The position numbers and the translations under genes are program-made. 63,075 bases of DNA from Prevotellaceae bacterium (GTDB taxonomy: Bacteria; Bacteroidota; Bacteroidia; Bacteroidales; UBA932). Location of the stretch: NCBI GenBank assembly GCA_031270845.1, contig JAISXF010000032.1, forward strand, positions 1 through 63,075, given 5' to 3'. Shown one piece after another: positions 45,172-53,542 of the stretch. The notes beneath the pieces are model-generated. The model was given only the letters and a program-made list of their open reading frames with translations, did no database searches and was not told the origin of the DNA. Numbering within the stretch: position 1 is the stretch's first letter; each line of letters begins with the position of its first letter.

Positions 45172-47487
45172 TCAGCAGGGTTGTATAGGCGTTGTGGGAT
45201 GATTATAACAAGAATTAGTCCAGCCTTTACCGGTATAGATACTTGGAGTGCAGGTGGAAGATCCAGGGTTGTTCTCGTATTCTATGCAATTACTATTATT
45301 GCTGGGCAGCGAATTGAATAAAGCATCCAGCGCCGTAGCGGAAAGGTTATTATCACGACAATACAGATAATATAACAAGACACAGTTCGACACGTCTAAT
45401 TCCGTCAATGAATTATTGTCACATATCAAACCATGTAGCGCGGTACAGTTCGACACATCTAATGTTATCAATTCACTGTTAACACATTCCAAAAGAACTA
45501 GCGCGGTACAGCTCGACACGTCTAATTCCGTCAATGAAGTGTTTTGACACACTAAACTAATTAGCGCGGTACAGCCCGTCACGTCCAATGTCGTCAGGAC
45601 ATAACTATTGGTAAAAAGCAAAGAAACAAGCTTGGTACAGTTCGATACATCTAAAGTTACCAAGCCTGCGCAACACCTGAGAAGCAAATACTCCAGTGCG
45701 GGGTGGTTCGACAGATCCAAAGACGTCAAGTAAGGACAATCGTAGATATACAAACGAGTTAGTGTAGGACAGTCATTCAAATTCAGGGCAGTAAAGTTGT
45801 TTCCATAAAAAATATTGAATTCAGTCAAAGAGGATGCCGTCGCGGTAGCAGTGTACGTCCCGTTGCCGACAGGATATGTATGCGGATAGTTAATCCTAGA
45901 ACCGGCAGCGGGCGTAAAGATTTCTACCGGGCTTCCATCGCCCCAGTCTATCGCCATATACCCGCCGTCAATTATAGCGTCGAAGGAAAAAGACGTTCCA
46001 TTGCTCTCCACCGTAAAGCTAAACGTTTTTGAAACGCTCAGCACGCCCTGCGCTACGTCGAAGGCGCAGCCGGTGGCATCGGTAGCGATAACGGTGTAGG
46101 TATAGGCCGAGGCGGCGGCAAGAGCTTCGGTGGTAGCCGTGCCGCTAATTGTAAGGGTCGGGCTGGCCCAGGAGCCGGTTATGCCATTGGGCAGGCCGGT
46201 TACGCTAACGCTAACCGCGCCGGGAATACTGTAAACAATGGGAGACAGGAGTGTATCGACAGCTATCGTCTGGGTTTCGCTGCCGGAAATCAGCTCCGCT
46301 ACCGGCGCTTCAGATGCCACCCCTACCGTCCAGCTCACGCTATCCGCGCAGCCGTGCTCGGTAAGCACCCGCGCCCATACGGTAACGCTTCCCGAGTCGG
46401 GTATCGGAAGGGAATAGGTATTCGAGGTACTGTAAACACACGTGTCATTATTCAAATCACAGTAAAACTCCGTCGCTATATTATTCCCCGACGTGTACGG
46501 ATTATGCCCGCAGGCGGTACAGCTGTGCGTGAAGCAGTACGAGCTGCCGGAATTGTTTTCAACCGTCAGCGTAACCGTGCTGCCCGCGCAGGCCGAGTCG
46601 GGCGGATTAACAAACGCCGCCACCGCCGCCGGATAAACCGTTACCGACGCCGGCGTACCCGCCACCACACAGCCCCCGCCATTGCTCACCTGTATGGTAC
46701 AAACCGTATCCTGCGAAGGGGTTATTTTAGCCGTAACGCCCGAAATGGCGCTCACAATCCCCGTCGCCCCGCCATCAAAACTGTACACCGAAGCATTAAC
46801 CGCCACGGCGATGAGCGTAACGGTATCGCCGGCGCAGATGGTATCAGGCTGCGCAATAAAAGACGTAATCGCCGGCGTGGGAGGCGCCAACCCCGGACAG
46901 CCGGTGGCATCGGTAAGGGCATCGATACAGCCGGAAAACTGCGTCCCGGCAACTGTCGTCGAACCATTAATAATAAAGGGAGGCGTGCCGTGCAAATCAT
47001 ACGTGCCGTTATTCTCCGTAGCATTTGGCGGATAGTCCGACGCATACGTACACCAGTTAAAACGGTCGCCGGCCGATAGCCCGTCGAGCGCGACGGTTAC
47101 CGTCGAACTGAAGGGCGCCGTCGTCCCGCGCAGGTAGAAGCCGCGCGTGTTGCCGGCCACATGTATCACCGTGCCGGAGGTAGCCACCGCCGGCGATACG
47201 AGCGTCGCAGGCGTCCACGCCCCCGTAAGCCCGTTCGGCTGCACGGTCTGGTAATCGACAAAGAGCCACACCGAGTCAAGGTGCGTGATGCCGTCGGGGT
47301 CGGTATCCCAGAAGACACGGAAGGAAACCGTCGGCGGCGTGGCGGCATAGTCGGCGCTAATCTGCGCCACCCGCACCACGCTCTGCCCCTGTGCCGTGGC
47401 GAAGGACAGACATAAGAAGGACAGACACAAGACGGATAGACGTAAGACGGATAGACGTGAGACGGTGGTTAAAAATAGCGGCTTCAT
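45172..47487 (-). CDS. Secreted Cys-rich Ig-like repeat protein with a C-terminal leucine-rich-repeat (BspA-like) domain
   Basis: 771 aa from ATG 47487 (MKPLFLTTVSRLSVLRLSVLCLSFLCLSFATAQG). The C-terminal third is a ~23-aa LRR series (LTELDVSNCTALVLLECVNSELITLDVSNCTALHGLICDNNSL..). The longer track ORF (to 47679) reads through the heptamer array and overlaps the neighbouring gene. Confidence 0.75.
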   Translation of the reverse strand: MKPLFLTTVSRLSVLRLSVLCLSFLCLSFATAQGQSVVRVAQISADYAATPPTVSFRVFWDTDPDGITHLDSVWLFVDYQTVQPNGLTGAWTPATLVSPAVATSGTVIHVAGNTRGFYLRGTTAPFSSTVTVALDGLSAGDRFNWCTYASDYPPNATENNGTYDLHGTPPFIINGSTTVAGTQFSGCIDALTDATGCPGLAPPTPAITSFIAQPDTICAGDTVTLIAVAVNASVYSFDGGATGIVSAISGVTAKITPSQDTVCTIQVSNGGGCVVAGTPASVTVYPAAVAAFVNPPDSACAGSTVTLTVENNSGSSYCFTHSCTACGHNPYTSGNNIATEFYCDLNNDTCVYSTSNTYSLPIPDSGSVTVWARVLTEHGCADSVSWTVGVASEAPVAELISGSETQTIAVDTLLSPIVYSIPGAVSVSVTGLPNGITGSWASPTLTISGTATTEALAAASAYTYTVIATDATGCAFDVAQGVLSVSKTFSFTVESNGTSFSFDAIIDGGYMAIDWGDGSPVEIFTPAAGSRINYPHTYPVGNGTYTATATASSLTEFNIFYGNNFTALNLNDCPTLTRLYIYDCPYLTSLDLSNHPALEYLLLRCCAGLVTLDVSNCTKLVSLLFTNSYVLTTLDVTGCTALISLVCQNTSLTELDVSSCTALVLLECVNSELITLDVSNCTALHGLICDNNSLTELDVSNCVLLYYLYCRDNNLSATALDALFNSLPSNNSNCIEYENNPGSSTCTPSIYTGKGWTNSCYNHPTTPIQPC
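47401..47465. repeat. 15-bp tandem repeat x4 inside the signal-peptide codons of the LRR gene
   Basis: gaaggacagacataa / gaaggacagacacaa / gacggatagacgtaa / gacggatagacgtga. On the coding strand this gives RLSVL RLSVL CLSFL CLSF. Confidence 0.9.
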
Positions 47488-47490
47488 AAT

Positions 47491-47520
47491 AGTTGAAAGT
47501 TGTTTTTTAGTTGAAAGTTG
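47491..47520 (-). promoter_or_regulatory. Duplicated CAACTTTCAACT leader motif abutting the LRR gene ATG
   Basis: The minus strand reads CAACTTTCAACTAAAAAACAACTTTCAACTATT-ATG. Related duplicated motifs abut the ATGs at 17968 and 58163. Confidence 0.4.
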
Positions 47521-47564
47521 CCTGCGGCGGATGCAATATATGCGTTTACTCGCTTGTCGTAATT
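47518..47564 (-). repeat. Conserved ~47-bp array-junction module AATTACGACAAGCGAGTAAACGCATATATTGCATCCGCCGCAGGCAA
   Basis: Hand alignment to 3168-3222: the blocks CGACAAGCGAG (11/11), ATATATTG (8/8), ATCCG (5/5) and CAGGC are shared. AATTACGACAAGCG (14/14) is also at 35769-35782. GCATCCGCCGCAGGCAA (17/17) is also at 19799-19815. Confidence 0.85.
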
Positions 47565-47599
47565 CGTAATTCGTAATTCGTAATTCGTAATTCGTAATT
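47558..47599. repeat. Heptamer array CGTAATT x6 (= AATTACG on the minus strand)
   Basis: Six perfect units fill the gap between the stop of 47601..48257 and the conserved module. Confidence 0.95.
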
Positions 47600-47600
47600 G

Positions 47601-48257
47601 TTACGGGATAATGACGCTTCCCATGTCTCCCCAGGGGCCTTTTTTTCCGGAGGTATTGAGCCATCGGGCGGCAAACCACAGCGTTTTTCCGCGTTCCGTT
47701 TCTCTAAAGGTGAGCACGAGCGGTGTACTTGTGTCGAGTTCCGAATGGGTGAGGTCTTCGATTTCCTCTGGTTTTGCGGCAGCAATAACCCATACAAACT
47801 CCGCTCCGAGCTGCCCTTCCGGCTTGGCTTTTTTCTCCTCGTCGGTAAAAAAATCAAAACGCACGCGGCGCGGGCCGTCGCCTTTCGCCATGATTAACGG
47901 CGCCTTGTCGGCCACCGGAGCCGCCGTGTGCGTCGTTTTGTGAATAGGCAGCATCATGTCTTCGCGGTCGGTTGTTTTGGTTTTCGGGTTGTACGTCACA
48001 TACGACTTTAAGAACACGCGCAGCGACGATTCGTAATCTTCCCGCGCCTCGTCCTTTTCCTTTACGGCAACCGGCGTATGGGTTGACGGATTTTCGGAAG
48101 TGTCGAAGGCGGTTTCCCATCGTGTCTGCTTGACTTCGAGGGCGGTGATTACGTCGGCCGGAATACCCAGACGGGTGGCTGCGGCTTTAACTTTAGTTAC
48201 AAGGTTCCCCTGCCATGCATTGAAGGCCATATCGGAACCGGGAATAAAATCAGGCAT
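47601..48257 (-). CDS. Hypothetical cytoplasmic protein, 218 aa, no recognised family
   Basis: Long ORF with normal, non-repetitive amino-acid composition (MPDFIPGSDMAFNAWQGNLVTKV..FAARWLNTSGKKGPWGDMGSVIIP). No signal peptide. Same strand as, and upstream of, the LRR gene. Confidence 0.6.
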   Translation of the reverse strand: MPDFIPGSDMAFNAWQGNLVTKVKAAATRLGIPADVITALEVKQTRWETAFDTSENPSTHTPVAVKEKDEAREDYESSLRVFLKSYVTYNPKTKTTDREDMMLPIHKTTHTAAPVADKAPLIMAKGDGPRRVRFDFFTDEEKKAKPEGQLGAEFVWVIAAAKPEEIEDLTHSELDTSTPLVLTFRETERGKTLWFAARWLNTSGKKGPWGDMGSVIIP

Positions 48258-48327
48258 AGTATAAAAATTTTAAATGAAACATAATGAATGAATTAATTTA
48301 TAATTGTAAAAATAATTTCGGACAGGA

Positions 48328-48474
48328 CGGAACTTTCTCTCCAAGGAGCGGAACTTTCTCTCCAAGGAGCGGAACTTTCTCTCCAAGGAGCGGAACTTTC
48401 TCTCCAAGGAGCGGAAGTTTCTCTCCAAGGAGCGGAAGTTTCTCTCCAAGGAGCGGAAGCAGGAAATATGATAT
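48328..48474. repeat. 21-bp tandem array x7 (CGGAACTTTCTCTCCAAGGAG; the last three units have CGGAAGT)
   Basis: Unit starts are at 48328, 48349, 48370, 48391, 48412, 48433 and 48454, with a partial copy at 48475. The core CTCC-AA-GGAG is a small palindrome. Confidence 0.95.
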
Positions 48475-48518
48475 ATTATTTTTTAAAATCATGCGCGCAA
48501 AGATACGACTTTTTTTTG

Positions 48519-48526
48519 AAAAAATT
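48519..48526 (-). promoter_or_regulatory. -7 box TATCTTTG pointing left, through the 21-bp array toward the 218-aa gene
   Basis: It is part of a perfect 19-bp inverted repeat, CAAAGATACGACTTTTTTT (48519-48537) / AAAAAAAGTCGTATCTTTG (48601-48619). Confidence 0.45.
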
Positions 48527-48611
48527 TTTTTTACGCAATTTTTTTTTTATCCGGAACGTTTTTTTAAAAAAATAGTGAGAAAAAAAGTCGTATCTTTGTG
48601 GCGAAAAAAAT

Positions 48612-48619
48612 TTAATGGG
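48612..48619 (+). promoter_or_regulatory. -7 box TATCTTTG pointing right, toward the R-M genes
   Basis: This is the right arm of the same 19-bp inverted repeat, 93 nt before ATG 48712. Confidence 0.45.
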
Positions 48620-48711
48620 GATAAATAGTAAAAACAAAAGGATAACGACAACTAAAGCCCTGAAAAACGAACAAAATTGGAATTGATAAGGCAAAGTTAA
48701 AAATAGCTATT

Positions 48712-49383
48712 ATGCACAAAAGACCGCTCACAATAAAATCTCTAATCTCACTTGCAAAAACATTTTGCGAACAAGAATCAAAAATGCCAAATACAGAACT
48801 ATTTGGCGTAACTGATGGCAAAGCCGTAGGCACATATATTGAACATAAATTCAAAGATTTTTTGCTCGCAACGTGCGATTTGCAAGTGGGTAGTTCGGCA
48901 AGCGGCATTGATTTGCCTTCCTCAAAAATCAACACAGATATTAAGGTTACTTCTATTAAGCAACCGCAGTCGTCCTGTCCATTCAAAAATGCACAGCAAA
49001 AAATTTTCGGCTTGGGTTACAATTTGTTGGTTTTTGTGTACGACAAACGCGATAATGCAAAAGATAAAACGGCGTTATTGGATTTTGTCAGTTGTTCGTT
49101 TATAGAAAAAGAGCGGACTGCCGATTATCAAACTACGACAACAATTTTACAAATGCTCGCAAACAAGGCAAATGCAGACGATATTTTTGCTTTTCTGAAT
49201 GACCGCAACATTCCTGCCGATGAAATTACATTAATGAATATGGCGGAACAAATTTTAAAAAAACCGCCAAAAGCTGGTTATCTTACTATTTCCAACGCTT
49301 TGCAATGGAGATTACAATACAGCAGGATTGTAACATTAAAAGATAAAATTTCAGGAATTACCAAAATCGTAGATAAGTATTGA
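48712..49383 (+). CDS. Candidate type II restriction endonuclease
   Basis: 223 aa, AT-rich codon usage. It ends 1 nt before the methyltransferase ATG. A possible PD-(D/E)xK arrangement is ..SGIDLP-x9-DIKVTS.. I recognise no specific family, so the call rests mainly on context. Confidence 0.5.
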   Translation: MHKRPLTIKSLISLAKTFCEQESKMPNTELFGVTDGKAVGTYIEHKFKDFLLATCDLQVGSSASGIDLPSSKINTDIKVTSIKQPQSSCPFKNAQQKIFGLGYNLLVFVYDKRDNAKDKTALLDFVSCSFIEKERTADYQTTTTILQMLANKANADDIFAFLNDRNIPADEITLMNMAEQILKKPPKAGYLTISNALQWRLQYSRIVTLKDKISGITKIVDKY

Positions 49384-49384
49384 T

Positions 49385-51031
49385 ATGGATTTTAGTGGTA
49401 TAGATATTAGCATCCCGTCGGTTTGTTTTTTTCAGGATAACGATAAATTGTCTTTCAAAGAAATAAACAATATTTTGAAAGGCAAAAGCGGTATTGTTGA
49501 TTTTTTTGAAAAAGAAGACGATTTTAAACAAATAAGAGAAACACTGATGAATAGCCAATCCATTGTTGCCGAAAGTCAAGTAGAATACGGCGATTATCAA
49601 ACCAATCAACAACTTACGCAATTGGTTTGCAACTATTTGTCAAACAAAAATATAAATCCTCAAATACTTATTGAGCCAACTTGCGGGAAGGGAAATTTTA
49701 TTTTGTCGGCAATTCAGACATTCAAAAATTTAGAACAGGTTTGGGGAATTGAAATACAAGAAAAATATTTGTGGCAATTAAAATTTTCATTACTTGAATA
49801 TTACCTAAAAAATCCACAGGCAAATAAACCTGAAATCCATTTATATCATTACGATGTATTTAATTTTGATTTTCAGAAGATTAAAGAACAAATAAGCGGG
49901 AAGGAGCTGTTGGTTATCGGCAATCCTCCGTGGGTAACTAACACAACACTTTCCTCTTTGAACTCAAAAAATTTACCTGAAAAGTCCAATTTCAAACAGG
50001 CAAAAGGTATAGACGCAATCACAGGCAAAGGCAATTTTGATATTGGCGAGTTTATTGCGTTGAAAATGTTGGATTTGTTTTCGAAAGAGAATGGTCATTT
50101 CGCATTTTTAATCAAAAATTCGGTCATCAAAAACATTGTTTTCGAGCAGAAACGCAACAATTACCCGATTGCCGACTTTGAAAAACATACGATTAACGCA
50201 CAAAAAGAATTTGGGGCGGCGGTTGACGCAAGTTTATTTGTCTGCAAATTCAATTCTACGCCTGAATTTACCGCAAAAGAATACAATTTTTATACTTCAC
50301 AAAAACGCACTGTGTTAGGTTGGGTGAATAACAAATTTGCTTCCGATATCGAAAAATACAAGAAATATCAGCACTTAGACGGTGTTTGCCCTTTCGAGTG
50401 GCGACAGGGCATTAAGCATGACTGCGCCAAAGTGATGGAGTTGGAACGTATCGACGGCGGTTTTCGCAATCAACTCGGAGAAGAATTTGAATTAGAGGAG
50501 GATCTAATATATGGTATTTTAAAAAGTTCCGATTTGAAAGCCGAAAGCATTGACACACCACGAAAATACACCATTGTAACACAGAAAAAAATCGGTGAAA
50601 ATACGGAAAAAGTTTTATCGAAATTACCAAAAACAAAAGAATATTTGCAAAAACACAAAGAATATTTTTCGCAAAGAAAATCAAGTATTTACAACGGGAA
50701 ACCTATGTTTTCGATATTTGGGATTGGCGATTATTCATTCAAACCTTACAAAGTTGCTATTTCAGGACTTTATAAACAAACGAAATTCACATTGGTAAAG
50801 CCAAGTGATACGGTTTTATTACTTGATGATACTTGCTATTTTATCGGCTTTGACAATCTCGAAGACGCCCAAACAGTACAAAATGAATTAAACAATTCCG
50901 AAATGCAGGAATTTATACAATCGTTTATGTTTACTGATGCCAAACGAGCGATTACAAAAGATTTGTTGATGCGAATTTATCTGAAAACGGCAATCGTGCC
51001 GGAAAGATATTCATGGAATTTATTTGGCTAA
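49385..51031 (+). CDS. N6-adenine DNA methyltransferase (gamma-type motif order, Eco57I/TaqI-like)
   Basis: 548 aa. The AdoMet motif I LIEPTCGKGNFIL precedes the catalytic motif IV LLVIGNPPWV (NPPW). The long C-terminal region is consistent with a target-recognition domain. Confidence 0.8.
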   Translation: MDFSGIDISIPSVCFFQDNDKLSFKEINNILKGKSGIVDFFEKEDDFKQIRETLMNSQSIVAESQVEYGDYQTNQQLTQLVCNYLSNKNINPQILIEPTCGKGNFILSAIQTFKNLEQVWGIEIQEKYLWQLKFSLLEYYLKNPQANKPEIHLYHYDVFNFDFQKIKEQISGKELLVIGNPPWVTNTTLSSLNSKNLPEKSNFKQAKGIDAITGKGNFDIGEFIALKMLDLFSKENGHFAFLIKNSVIKNIVFEQKRNNYPIADFEKHTINAQKEFGAAVDASLFVCKFNSTPEFTAKEYNFYTSQKRTVLGWVNNKFASDIEKYKKYQHLDGVCPFEWRQGIKHDCAKVMELERIDGGFRNQLGEEFELEEDLIYGILKSSDLKAESIDTPRKYTIVTQKKIGENTEKVLSKLPKTKEYLQKHKEYFSQRKSSIYNGKPMFSIFGIGDYSFKPYKVAISGLYKQTKFTLVKPSDTVLLLDDTCYFIGFDNLEDAQTVQNELNNSEMQEFIQSFMFTDAKRAITKDLLMRIYLKTAIVPERYSWNLFG

Positions 51032-51232
51032 ACGGCGAGTAGTTATTGGAGCGCAGGATTGCCCCCGATTGTATATCGGCTTAACAACAATGGACAGATA
51101 AAAGACGACTACCGCCTTGACTTCATTAAACAGAAGAACGGCGTTGAAAGCAGGAACGGCGTTTTGCCGGGATTGAATTTGTTTAGCGAAGAAATAAGCA
51201 TCGCCTGCAACATCTGAACGCTGTTTTCCCCT

Positions 51233-53389
51233 TTAATCTTCCTTCTCCTGCGCCTCGTATTCTTTGAGCAGCTTATCCTGCACTTCGGCGGGAACCTGCT
51301 GATATTCGGCAAAATTCATCGTGAAAGTCGCACGCCCCGACGTGAGCGAGCTTAAGGCCGTCGAGTACTTGTTGAGCTCGGCGAGGGGAACGCGGGCATT
51401 CAATATCTCAAAGCCCTTTTCGCTGCTCATGTTGCCGATAATGGCGCGGCGGTTCTGCAAGTCGCTCATTACGTCGCCCATCGCATCGCCAGGAACCATC
51501 ACCTCAACCGTATAGATGGGTTCCATGATTTTCGGGCCGGCCTTCTTAAAAGCTTCCTTAAAGGCATTGCGGCCGGCGAGCTTAAAGGATATTTCATTGC
51601 TGTCCACCGTATGCATTTTGCCATCATACACATATACTTTAATGTCGCGCGCGTAGGAGCCGGTGAGGGGGCCTTCTTCCATTTTTTCCATAATCCCCTT
51701 AAGAATGGCCGGCATGAAGCGCGCGTCGATGGCTCCGCCGACGATACAGTTATAATAAATGAGCTTGCCGCCCCATTCGAGCGGGTACTCTTCCCGCCCT
51801 TTGAGGTTGAAAACCAGCTCGCGGCCATCGACCTTAAAGCGATTGTTTTCGGGCGCGCCTTCGAGGAAGGGTTCTATCAGCATGTGCACCTCGCCGAACT
51901 GCCCGGCGCCGCCGGACTGCTTTTTGTGCCGGTAGTCGGCCGCGGCGATTTTGGTGATGGTCTCCCTGTAGGGAATGCGCGGCGGAACGAGGTCGATGTC
52001 TATCTTATGCGCGTTGGTGAGGTACCATTTGAGGATGTTGATGTGGTGCTCGCCCTGTCCGCTGAGGATGATTTGTTTCAATTCCTTTGAATATTCTACG
52101 ACGATGGTCGGGTCTTCGGCGTGGGCGCGGTTCAGGATTTCGCTCAGTTTCTCATCGTCTTTTTCGGTTTTGGCTTTGATGGCCGTGCGGAATTTCGACG
52201 GGGGGAACTGTATCGACAGGAACTGCCAGTCCTTGCCGTTGCCGTTGAGGGTCTGGTTCGTTTTGGTGTTTTTCAGCTTCACGGTGCACCCGATGTCGCC
52301 GGCGACCATCTCGGGGAGTTTCTCCCGTTTCTTGCCGGCTACGGCGTAGAGGATGGTCAGGCGCTCTTTGTTGCCGTTGGCGGCGTTGGTCATGTCAAGC
52401 CCTTCGGTGATTTTCCCGGACATGACGCGGAAATAGGAAACTTCTCCCAGATGCTGCTCCATCATGGTTTTGAAGACAAAGAGCGATGGCGCTCCGTTGA
52501 CGTCGCAGGGCACAATTTCGCCTTTCACGGTTTTGAAGTCGCGGGACTTGTCCGGCGACGGGGCGACGTTAATAATAAATTCCATCAGGCGCTTTGTGCC
52601 GATGTCCTTTTTTGCCGACAGGCAGAATACCGGTATCACCTGGCGGTTGGCAAGCCCGATACGCAGCCCCTGCCGGATTTCGTCTTCGCTGAGGATGCCT
52701 TTGTCGAAGAAGAGCTCCATCAACGCTTCGTCGTGCTCGGCGGCGATTTCTACCAGGTTTTTTTGCAATTCGGCGGCGCGTTCCATTTCCCCTTCGGGGA
52801 TGGGCAATTCTTCACGGGCGCCGTTATCATCCTTAAAGCGATACATTTTCATCTTCAGGACGTCAATAAAGGCGTTGAACGAGGCTCCCTGCCCGACGGG
52901 GTACTGGATAAGCAGCACCTTGTTTCCGTAGGCGTTCCGCAGGCTGTCGATGGTGTCTTCCCAGCTGGCCTTGTCGTGGTCAAGCTGATTGACGGCCATG
53001 ATTAACGGCTTGTGATGCTGCTCGGCGTAGCGCGCCATGATTTCGGTGCCTACTTCGATACCCTGCTGGGCGTTGATAACCATCACGCCGACGTCGGCGA
53101 CTTTGAATGCGGAGATCACGCCGCCGATAAAGTCGTCGGCGCCCGGCGTGTCGATAATGTTCAGCTTGTGGTCCATGAACTCGGTGTAGAGGAGCGACGA
53201 GTAAATCGACCGCTGGTAGAGCTGTTCGACTTCGGTGGCGTCGCTCACGGTGTTCTTGGCCTCAATGGTTCCGCGGCGTTCAATGACTTTTCCTTCAAAA
53301 AGGAGGGCTTCGGCTAATGTTGTTTTCCCTGAATGTGTGCCGCCGAGGAGCACCACATTGCGGATTTGTTCGGTTGTGTACGTTTTCAT
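51233..53389 (-). CDS. Elongation factor G paralogue (EF-G2-like) lacking the catalytic histidine
   Basis: 718 aa with five-domain EF-G length and colinearity. G1 is GGTHSGKTT (canonical AHIDAGKTT), G3 is DTPGADDF (canonical DTPGHVDF) and G4 is NQLD (canonical NKMD). Confidence 0.85.
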   Translation of the reverse strand: MKTYTTEQIRNVVLLGGTHSGKTTLAEALLFEGKVIERRGTIEAKNTVSDATEVEQLYQRSIYSSLLYTEFMDHKLNIIDTPGADDFIGGVISAFKVADVGVMVINAQQGIEVGTEIMARYAEQHHKPLIMAVNQLDHDKASWEDTIDSLRNAYGNKVLLIQYPVGQGASFNAFIDVLKMKMYRFKDDNGAREELPIPEGEMERAAELQKNLVEIAAEHDEALMELFFDKGILSEDEIRQGLRIGLANRQVIPVFCLSAKKDIGTKRLMEFIINVAPSPDKSRDFKTVKGEIVPCDVNGAPSLFVFKTMMEQHLGEVSYFRVMSGKITEGLDMTNAANGNKERLTILYAVAGKKREKLPEMVAGDIGCTVKLKNTKTNQTLNGNGKDWQFLSIQFPPSKFRTAIKAKTEKDDEKLSEILNRAHAEDPTIVVEYSKELKQIILSGQGEHHINILKWYLTNAHKIDIDLVPPRIPYRETITKIAAADYRHKKQSGGAGQFGEVHMLIEPFLEGAPENNRFKVDGRELVFNLKGREEYPLEWGGKLIYYNCIVGGAIDARFMPAILKGIMEKMEEGPLTGSYARDIKVYVYDGKMHTVDSNEISFKLAGRNAFKEAFKKAGPKIMEPIYTVEVMVPGDAMGDVMSDLQNRRAIIGNMSSEKGFEILNARVPLAELNKYSTALSSLTSGRATFTMNFAEYQQVPAEVQDKLLKEYEAQEKED

Positions 53390-53444
53390 CTAATCGTATT
53401 AAATTTTAAGACAATATTAAAATAATGTTCCCCTTTTGGGACGC

Positions 53445-53452
53445 CAAAATTA
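53445..53452 (-). promoter_or_regulatory. -7 box TAATTTTG upstream of the EF-G paralogue
   Basis: The plus strand reads caaaatta, 56 nt upstream of ATG 53389. Confidence 0.45.
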
Positions 53453-53515
53453 CAAAAGGTTTTTGAAAGTGCAAAAAATATTGCACAATTATTTTGCCTG
53501 CAACGGAAATTTTCG

Positions 53516-53523
53516 TATTTTTG
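53516..53523 (+). promoter_or_regulatory. -7 box TATTTTTG upstream of the TPR gene
   Basis: cgTATTTTTGcg, 20 nt before ATG 53543. Confidence 0.5.
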
Positions 53524-53542
53524 CGCCCTAAAATTAAAAAAC

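Noticed and set aside
47488-47679. N-terminal extension of the LRR ORF (track start 47679, containing ITNYELRITNYELR).
   Set aside because: The extension is the translated AATTACG array and overlaps the 3' end of the 47601..48257 gene. A proper signal peptide begins at ATG 47487.
1956-48474. Possibility that the 21-bp arrays are CRISPR arrays.
   Set aside because: The units are contiguous with no unique spacers, the period is far shorter than repeat-plus-spacer, and no cas genes are present in the window.
48284-48694. ORFs of 114, 64 and 72 aa over the 21-bp array and the homopolymer-rich spacer; likewise the 171-aa ORF at 32710..33225.
   Set aside because: They are repeat-driven or A/T-homopolymer-driven open frames in promoter and leader DNA.
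51032-51217. A stop-free 62-codon frame (..YWSAGLPPIVYRLNNNGQIKDDYRLDFIKQKNGVESRNGVLPGLNLFSEEISIACNI) after the methyltransferase gene.
   Set aside because: It has no start codon long enough to make a gene, no promoter box and no recognisable family. I keep it only as a possible gene remnant, noted under the R-M islet finding.
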